This document shows, piece after piece, positions 48,383 to 64,000 of a DNA stretch of 64,000 bases. Position numbers and translations under genes: made by a program. The stretch is from assembly GCF_000150275.1 (NCBI RefSeq), contig NW_002060944.1, forward strand, positions 5,274,123-5,338,122, written 5' to 3'. The stretch comes from Trichoplax adhaerens. Taxonomy: Eukaryota; Animalia; Placozoa. Under the pieces are notes generated by a model. It saw nothing but the letters and a program-made list of their open reading frames with translations. It was not told the origin of the DNA and ran no database searches. Numbering within the stretch: the first letter of the stretch is position 1; the number at the start of each line of letters is the position of its first letter.

Positions 48383-49838
48383 CTAAAAGCAGTGATCACC
48401 AGTTTCCATATTGGATTGCCCTGGTCCGCCAAAACTGAAGTATTTTAATTTGATCTCATTGAAAATCACATTTCCTATAGATGATCCCGCAACCACTGAC
48501 ATGAATAACCAAACGTTGTATGACATAGTAACCAACATCATAAAATATGCAAGTGTTATCTGCATTATTTGTAGTATCAGGTGTATGAATATAGTCGTAA
48601 AAGGTAAATTCATGCAATAGCTAAAAAGGGGCGATAAAAAATTAAATTCTCAGTTTGTTACTAAACATTTTTACAGCTATTGATTACTGAAATATTGTCA
48701 ATTGTGTAAAAAAGACATGGTATGAAATTAACGCATAATTTACGCTTATTATCTGAGACTCGAAGGCATGATAATAATTTTTATGCAGGTGTACACCAGC
48801 AATAGAATAAGTATTCAATTAACTGGATATTAATGTATGTATACACTGAATATTGCAGTATGCTTAGAAGAATGAATTAGTATTCGATGTTTTGCGATTA
48901 AGCTACTTTTCGATCTTACCGTTTACGTCTTCTAATAGTATTATCCATCACTAGAGGGGAATAACTATCAACTCTATGCAACTTCTGCAGGCGTTGGCGT
49001 TTAAGTACGTAATATTCTTTTAACAGCTTTATACCCTCGTACATAAATGATAACGCAAACCAAGCTAAGGCCGTGCCAATTAAACCTTATTGGATAAATA
49101 AATCAAGGATATAACAGGTCTTTAAGCAACTTGAAGTATTTGATTGAATTTCCCAAACCAGATTAGGTTATGTTATTCATTTATAACTTATTATGTAATA
49201 TAATTGTTCTTTACACTAAAATGGCTAGTTGAATTTAAGCATTGAACAAGTAGTTGATGTGGTACTTATTCAACAAGTATTTAAAACATTCAAAATTTAA
49301 GAGATGACATTTGTAAATAGTTATGTGATTTCGATATGTTATCAACACGATGCGGAGATGATTCAGGATCGAAATAGGCTTTATTATTTTAACCATGTAC
49401 AACAACGGGAGGGATTGAGATAGAGATCACGAGATAGTGAAGCATGGGCTGTTTTCTACAGCTAGAGACTGTACATTACTGTACTGTACATACTGTTTAA
49501 TAGTCACTATCGAACTTAGAGTACCGTAAAATTGACATTAACTAAACCTATCTTTATCAGTAGGAGTATAAGTGCAACAGATACCTTGTCATCAAAATTA
49601 GTACAAGAAAATACCTTAACGCATGTCAGCGCATCTATGTTGATACAATATATTACAATTAGCTTATAAATTCAAGTAATTTAATATACTGTAAAGGGTT
49701 CAAAGGGAAAACATAGTTATATAATAAGTGCTACCATATATCAGTACGTGTAAATTTACCTCCAGCGGTTTTAACATTCCAAGACTGGAATAACACGATC
49801 ACTTTGTTACCGAAATGGAAAAACATGTGCATCATCAT
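48383..49838 (-). CDS. SLC31/CTR copper transporter, ~160 aa. Exons 49838-49760, 49085-48920, 48620-48383
   Basis: N-terminal MMMHMFFHFG..VLFQSWNVKTAGG; TM1 ending YEGIK; TM2 MxxxM motif (YFMMLVTMSYN); TM3 GxxxG (GSSIG); C-terminal DHCF. Confidence 0.93.
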
Positions 49839-50471
49839 GGTGAAATTGATAATACAGTCAACATAATCAGCTTGATGTAGTTTTCTGCTAGAGACATGAA
49901 AGAAATAAGAGATTAGTACGTTGTAAAATTACAAGTGGAATCAATCCATCGAACGCGCAATATTCTCCTCTAGAAGTTGTTTGTTCGTTTACCGTTATGA
50001 TTACTAATACGTTGGTGTATCAGTCAATCTTGACAGCATCGATCATGGAGATAAGAATAAAGATTAAAGTGAAAACGCTATCATTCACATCATCTAATAA
50101 TCTGTATAACTTGAGTTCGATGTAAAATGCTTCGTCATGCAAAAATGTATAGAAATTCTTCTAAGCATTCTACGTCGAAATAGTATAATAACCAAGTCAT
50201 ACAAAATGCATCAATATCAATGGAAGACTTATGTAGAAGAGAACTGTACAGTATAGTAATCTATGTAAAACAACTTGGCATGATTAACGTCTTTAAGATC
50301 AGAAATCAATTGGTTCATTTTATCTTATCTATTTACATAATTTAGATTAGCGATTGCTGTGACCGTTCGAAATTTTCCCTCAGGCTCAGCTCACGAGTGA
50401 TAGGAATGGGATGGGACGGCACAACGGCTTCGGCACCTTTATACTGTAATGGATAGCAATGAGCAAGAGAA

Positions 50472-50545
50472 GTACTGTACTGTACTGTACGGTACGGATA
50501 CAGTACAGTATACAGTACAAAGTACTAGTGTACAATGTACTGTAA
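50472..50545. repeat. (GTACW)n tract upstream of the CTR gene
   Basis: gtactgtactgtactgtacggtacggatacagtacagta, ~630-700 bp 5' of the ATG at 49838. Confidence 0.85.
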
Positions 50546-52649
50546 AATACAGTCACTAGAGGTCTGCATGGTCTGGTCTGGTCTTGTCTAGTTGAATACT
50601 GTGAGAGTGTGAGTCAGTGCGTTTAATCTACAGCATTGGGATTTTCAAAGCCCTTTTAAGTCAAAATATGAATTGTTGGTTGTGATTGAGTTGTGTCTTG
50701 AAGAAACTAAATTTCAGATCGGGCTACGCCAAGAACAGTAAATTCCGTCAGAGACTTCTAATAAGGGGAATTTCTTCTTTAAAAAATTCTGATTTCGTCG
50801 CTGCAAATCTTTACTTACTATGATACAGAGCTGACATTGACCAGGCAGACCAGATAGAGTGCATCGTTAATACAGTCAGTGCAGTATATTGATTTACTGT
50901 ATTTATTGAATCCACACAATACAGTACAGTGAAAATTCACATAACTTCATTCATAATTTGAGTTTGCGAGTGCTAGAGATCTGCATTAAAGTCGAAAAGT
51001 TTGTTTTAATTTGTGAATACCGTACAATATACAATACACAGTCCTAAATTGCCGAGGGGGTAATTCGAGTCAGACTGGAATAATGCATTATGTAAGTACG
51101 TATTCACAAATGTTTCCAATGCGTTGATGGTTCGTGAAACGTCAGCAAGTCATGCAAGCTATAACTTTCACTATTACTAATCACTTGTACAGGATATTAT
51201 ATTAATCAACAATAGTATTACTTGCAGAGATTATCCCACAGGGTGCAAAAATGAATTGTATTAATGTCTACTGCATAGCATTCGCTTCCAGTGAATCAAT
51301 CAAGACATTTATTTGATCGAAAAGGTAGCCGTGAATGTTTTTAGCATGTCTATTGAATAGATTCAACACAATTGCCTGATCTAAATAAAGGTAATAAGTA
51401 AGCAGAGATTGATGTAGCAGTTCAAAGACCAAGAGTGAAATTAAACCACTAATTCTCATCTCGTATATTGAAATGGTGAATAGTTCGTGGTCGTTAATCA
51501 TGTATCTGTGTTTCATTGATGGCAATACCAATCCTTTAATAGATTGTTAAGATGACATTTACAATCCACAAAGTCCATCTCCGAAATACCCTGCTCACAT
51601 TTATACGTACACTATCAGTAAAGGCGTAGGATAGGCTAGTGTTTACTTTATGGTCAATACACTATTTATAATGATCAATGGATACGTAGAAAGATCTTGC
51701 ACGTACACGTTGACAGCTCATACTGTAAGCAGTTAGTTAAACTTTATTATATCACACACCAATAATAAAATCATTCAAAGATCATAACTTCCTGTACACG
51801 TACAAACTTTATTTATATTGTAGTATCACACGTATTATTTTACTTAACAATAATCCTTGGTAAAATGCTCTACTATTAAGTTATATAAGGCAAATTTATT
51901 GCAATGAAGTAAATTTCATCTCAAGTCAATTATATTCTAGAAGATAAAGTTGAGCATTAAAATACGTGTATAAATTAATTAATCAGAACGGACAATGAAC
52001 GTTATTATCAGAAGTAAAAATTGTAATATAGCATACAACATCAATTATCAATTATCGATAAAAGCAGTAGACGAAGCATCATCAATCCTAAATATAGATT
52101 ATATCTACTGTACATTCAGTACAATTACTGTCAGTGCGATTTGGAAGCCATTTGCACTCATTCTATAAATGAAAAAATTGGACATGGTCCAATATTGATC
52201 AATATTGAGAAACAAAATGCCAAACAGGATCATGCAGTAAACCACATCCTACTGATAGTACAGTACAAATACATTGGTAGTGTATGAGTAAAGAATAGAA
52301 TTTGGTGCACTAATACACGGGCTGAATTTTTAATGTTTTCTGATATACGCTAACAAACCGTAGTATACTGCATCAGTAGAGTAATGAACCCCCTTAAAAA
52401 CAGAGTATTTACGAATTAACAACGACTTACATCAATGACCAATATTAACGTAGACAGGATTCGAGTAGAATAAAACAAAAATTACAAATAGACCGGATTC
52501 TAACGTTTTGTAACTAAAAGCATGAATCGTATATAGATGGGTTGGTTACAGGAGTTTTATCATGAATATTCTTTCAATTAGATAACTTTTTTACGATAAT
52601 AACTGACGGAAAGATTTTAGAGAATTAATTAAAGATTGATTGCATAACC

Positions 52650-55189
52650 CTAGGGTTTATGTCCTTCAACTTTATAAAAGATTACATTATTATCACATGG
52701 ATCAGTAGCTTGCCAATAGTTGTCAGCCAGAGGAGTTAATTTAACTGGGAAAGAAAGCTTTGATATTAACATTTCAGGATCTTCGAGTTCAAAACAAAGG
52801 CGGCAAACTTCCATTTTGACAGTTTTCTCGTCAGGAACATGTATAATCATTATCTCAAAATCCTTGGCTAGCAGGAACTTACAATACTCAGTGACATCGA
52901 CATCAACATTGAGATTGTCGTAAGCAGTTTGCCCAGTAACAGTCGAATAGAACTCTTTCATTTCCTTATACTTCTCACCAATATACAACTTCAGAACTGC
53001 ACCTGCAGCTACGGCTCCTTGCCGAACGGAAAATGGGATAATTCCGTATTCTTTATAAGCGTAAAATATTTCAGATCTACCTGGGACATTAACGACCTTT
53101 GACATTGTATCTGTTAGCTGGATTGGAGCCCAGTCTTTACTTGTTTCTAGATACGATTGCAATTTGCCACCCAGATCTTGCACAACAGGAACGAATCGTA
53201 ACGATAATATCATGGAAGGAGCAATTTTGCCTTGAGTTAAATCTTTCTGTTTATAATACCGAATATCTTGCGATGTTTCGGGTTCTCGAACTGAAACATA
53301 TCCCATTGCGCCAGAATAATGTTGTAAAATTTTATCGAGATGGTCATGTATCTTATCTCCTTCGTCTGGTTTACTGACAATTTCAACATAAGCTTTAGTT
53401 AACAATATATCTTGCTCGACAGCTGAAAAAGGTTAATAAATAGTGTAAGTGCAATATATACGCGTCATATTTTTTTTAAATCATAAGAACTTGATTCGTA
53501 ATACTGTACATTATAGAATCCAGTATGCACTTATCGCTAATACTGTAGTTACACAATACAGTAGTGTAAGTTGGCAACCATGAATTTTTGATCAAAAATT
53601 CCTTTAGATGTGTTTACAGTACAGCGATTTTATATATTATTATAGTTTGATAAGATCATAATAAACTCATTCAAAATAGATAGATAGAGTCATATGTTAA
53701 AATGATGCACAGATACCCCACAATTAAATTAATGATTAATGAATCAAAGGTGAGATTTCGCCATGTGTTTTTAAAGTTGGATAGATAACTGTATGTGTGC
53801 TAAAAAGAAATGAGTATGATGTCCAAGGGTGAAGATTTTCGAGTAAATTCTATGATGAAATGAGGTCAAAACAGAAATAAACATTGAAACTCCTTTTCTA
53901 CTCGACGCCATTTTACTGGCACGGTATTATTGTTTTCTGATATATCTACTTAGAATAGCATTGTCAATCAATTATTCAACTATGAACAGTAAACACTAAG
54001 AAGATTGCCTATTATTGAAATTTACAATAGTTAAATGAGTCCTTTTTAAAATGACTCACGTTCAATTCGTAGGACTTTATGACCTTTCAAGTCGGAAAGT
54101 TTATTGGCCATGAACGCTTCCCCTAAGGCATTGAAATCCTCATTTCTAAATAGGTACACGATAGCCTGTAGTTTACGGAATTGATGGATCTCTGCGAATT
54201 TGCTCTTTTTGCTATTGACGATGCCGCAACTTTCGTAAAGCTTCTTGGCAACAACATCGATATTATCCTGATCTAGGCCAGGGCCTTCAAAAGTCAGTAA
54301 CAGTTGTGTTACGTTATTCTTGAACGTGGTCAGCTCCGTGCTTCCCCATTTCCTATGTAGCTAAAGCGATAAACATTTTGAATGATTACACATTATGCAA
54401 TACTTTAATAAACAATTACCACAAGCAGGCTTGAGCTACAATTTGATGCACGGATAGAATCAAAATATTTTGTATATAGGCTACTTTTGAATGGGATGAC
54501 GGGTTTAGCGAAAAGAGAACGAGACAAGGTGCATCATTCTGTAATTATTGAAGTAGCAGTAACTACAGTAATGTGAGACTTGATGAATAGCAAAGAAAAT
54601 GGTAGTCGCAGATAGTCATTTCATTAGCGTACAGTAATTAACTTAATAAAGAAAAAACGTAGCAAAAAGAGCGGTCATTGATTGACGATAGTAACTTCAG
54701 CACTTTGAATTAATGGATTGACTACTTTCAATTCACTGTGATAACCATAAGATAGAGTGATCAATCCTGATGAAACTGTTGCCCATCAACGCTGCGTCGA
54801 TCGACAGAATGGTGCTGTCTACGTCAACAAGTAAAACTAATCAGGCTTCAATAAGAGTCGAGATTAGAATAACAACAGCTACAGTACCGTCCTTGAAAGA
54901 AAAATGCGGTCTGATTGACGCTTAGGTCACTAAAGTGCTTGATCAACAGTTTGAATGTATTTTGCTCCTAGTGCAGTAAGGTCGTTGAAATGCAATCCAT
55001 CCTTGTTGAATCTTGCATGCTGCAGCCAGTTCCCCCCAAAATCACGAATTGATTTACCTTTCTAACGTATCTTGGTTTCAAAGAAGATGCCACTCCACCA
55101 TCATAATAATAGACCTTCTCCAAGACAGCTTCAATCGTTTTGGGTAGAACTTCCGCGATGCCATCCACAACATCCATGTCGTCAGCCAT
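52650..55189 (-). CDS. FAM124-domain protein with an extra N-terminal domain, 401 aa. Exons 55189-55058, 54360-54060, 53422-52650
   Basis: The C-terminal ~250 aa follow the FAM124 pattern (HLDKILQ..VSVRE..PSMILSL..EIFY..PFSVRQ..LKLY..Y.EM.EFY..LCFE..TPL...WQATD.CDN.VIF). Junctions are GT-AG and phase-compatible; spliced length is 1206 nt. Confidence 0.8.
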
Positions 55190-55550
55190 TTTGGTCTTGT
55201 ATTTTATCAATTTTTCCGTCAAATAGTCCACTTGCAAATAAGGCACAACGATCTAGACACCGCTTACTGTATGCTTGAGGGCTTGAAGGCGGAACCACCA
55301 AAAGCCTATCGCTGCAGATTGATCAGCTTTGGTGCTTCCTATAGTCTATACTTGTATATACAGTACAGTACAGTATATATAGACGCGCCTATACAATGCA
55401 GTAGCTACTATTTATAGTACAGGCCGTTCAAGGCACTGGCAGAAAGTTCTGGTAGTCTATGGTCTGGAACAGCTGTTTCTATTCGACAATACTGTATAAT
55501 AGAGAGTTGCGGCGGATGTGGCTAATAGGGGATTTCCGTGCGACGTGATG

Positions 55551-55670
55551 AGCTTGCGATCCGATCAACTTCTAGAAGTCTATGGGAGCTGGGAGGTAGC
55601 AAAATAGCTTGCGATCCGATCAACTTCTAGAAGTCTGAGGGAGCTGGGAGGTAGCAAAATAGCTTGCGAT
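55551..55670. repeat. Short tandem duplication (~56 bp, two copies plus a fragment)
   Basis: AGCTTGCGATCCGATCAACTTCTAGAAGTCT..GGGAGCTGGGAGGTAGCAAAAT is repeated. Confidence 0.9.
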
Positions 55671-55804
55671 GAAGTATCCAATGAATGGTCTGATGAAGAC
55701 CATGGACTAATTACTAGCCTGTGATAGCTTGGGGCGATGAGCGTGGGGTAAAATCTCCTCAATCCTCATACTGTACTCATTTTCTTTTCAGACTCAGAAA
55801 AAGG

Positions 55805-56720
55805 CAAAAAAATAGCGCTGAAACTAAGGTAAAATTACTATACTTTATAGCGTTAAGCAAGAACAGTCCATCCCAAAGTTGGAAACAAAAACAAAAAATA
55901 GTACTGAATCTACAAGGTAAAATTACTATACTTTACATCATTATGCAAGAACAGTCGAAGCCCATAGTAATAGTTACTATGTACGGCACTTGCTATCCCA
56001 AAGTTGGAAAAAGGGGAAAAAATAGTACTGAAACTAAGGTAAAATTACTCAACTTTATGGGATTATGCAACAACAGTCGAAGCCCATACTAATATTTGCT
56101 ATGTGCTAGACTGCTAGCTATGTACTTGCTATCCCAAAGTTGGAAACAAAAAATAGTACTGAAATTAAGGTAAAATTGCTATACTTTATAGCATTCTTCA
56201 AAAACAGTCAAAGCCTGTAGTAATATTTACTATGATCTGTACTTTGCTATCGCAAAGTTGGAAACAAAAACAAAAAATAGTACTGAAACTAAGGTAAAAT
56301 TGCAATACTTTATAGGATTCTTCAAGAACAGTCGAAGCCTATAGTAATATTGCTATACTTTATAGCATTCTTCAAAAACAGTCACAGCCTATACTTTGCT
56401 ATCGCAAAGTTGGAAACAAAAACAAAAAATAGTACTAAAACTAAGGTAAAATTACGATACTTTATAGCATTCTTCAAGAACAGTCGAAGCCTATAGTAAT
56501 ATTGCTATACTTATAGCATTCTTCAAAAACAGTCAAAGCCTATAGTAATATTTACTATGATCTGTACTTTGCTATCCCAAAGTTGGAAACAAAAACAAAA
56601 AATAGTACTGAAACTAAGGTAAAATTGCTATATTTTATAGGATTCTTCAAGAACAGTCGAAGCCTATAGTAATATTTGCTATGTTTCCAACTTTGCTATC
56701 CCAAAGTTGGAAACAAAAAT
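55805..56720. repeat. Minisatellite of ~7 copies (118-173 bp spacing) in the FAM124/SKIV2L divergent promoter
   Basis: Unit heads ATC(C/G)CAAAGTTGGAAA occur at 55870, 55995, 56131, 56249, 56401, 56574 and 56698. The shared core is AATAGTACTGAAACTAAGGTAAAATT. Confidence 0.95.
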
Positions 56721-56729
56721 AAACACATT

Positions 56730-56830
56730 CTACAGTACAGTACATACTTTACAGTACTGTGCACTGTGCAAGGTACTGTATGTACTGTAGAACAAGAGTG
56801 TACTGTACTGTACTGTACTGTACAATAGTA
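56730..56830. repeat. (GTACW)n tract upstream of SKIV2L
   Basis: tacagtacagtaca ... tgtactgtactgtactgtactgtaca, 240-340 bp 5' of the ATG at 57069. Confidence 0.85.
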
Positions 56831-57068
56831 CGTCCATGTGCTGATACTATAGTCTAATTCTGGGCTGCTATCATTTCTACAAAGATCGTTTGTACAACTG
56901 ACACATGGATGGATGGACGATATCCAGGGCAGAACTAACGGTGACATCCAAACTTTATACGGTTGCGCATTTGGTAAACACCAACACGACTGACATACTC
57001 AGGCGTTGAGGAGAGAAAGTTCTTCTTGTTTATCAAGTTAGTAGCACCGGGTTGAGTCGATGTTCAGC

Positions 57069-63923
<6,855 letters not shown>

Positions 63924-64000
63924 GTAAAGATGATAACCGACATTTGCCTAATACAACTTTAATTGGATTGTTCATAGTTGATAAATAACGATAAAGTTAT

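Noticed and set aside
50472-50545. GTAC cores upstream of the copper transporter as copper-response elements (SBP-box/CRR1-type CuRE)
   Set aside because: SBP-box factors are plant/algal, and the same tracts occur upstream of nearly every gene here, so they are not copper-specific.
54060-54100. Apparent TGA near the end of FAM124 exon 2 (possible selenocysteine or readthrough)
   Set aside because: On re-reading, the TGA is out of frame (GAC TTG AAA); the exon is open.

Overview
AT-rich, intron-dense eukaryotic (animal) genomic DNA, most likely the placozoan Trichoplax adhaerens or a close relative. That assignment is inferred from the compact gene spacing, short GT-AG introns, an RXR with a minimal A/B domain and abundant ACAGT-type pentamer repeats. 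Eleven protein-coding genes were reconstructed by hand from splice sites: an orphan secreted 34-aa-repeat protein (-), RXR (+), RCL1 (-), ABCC10/MRP7 (-), MRPS16 (+), ECHDC1 (-), SURF6 (+), an ependymin-related protein (+), a CTR/SLC31 copper transporter (-), a FAM124-domain protein (-) and the 5' part of SKIV2L/SKI2 (+). About 17.7 kb upstream of RXR has no recognisable gene. The main non-coding signal is strand-symmetric (GTAC[A/T])n pentamer tracts, perfect hairpins and locus-specific tandem arrays that sit mostly a few hundred bp upstream of genes. Several of the genes have human orthologues in the MHC paralogon (6p21, 9q32-34). No tRNA, rRNA, CRISPR array or autonomous transposon could be supported.
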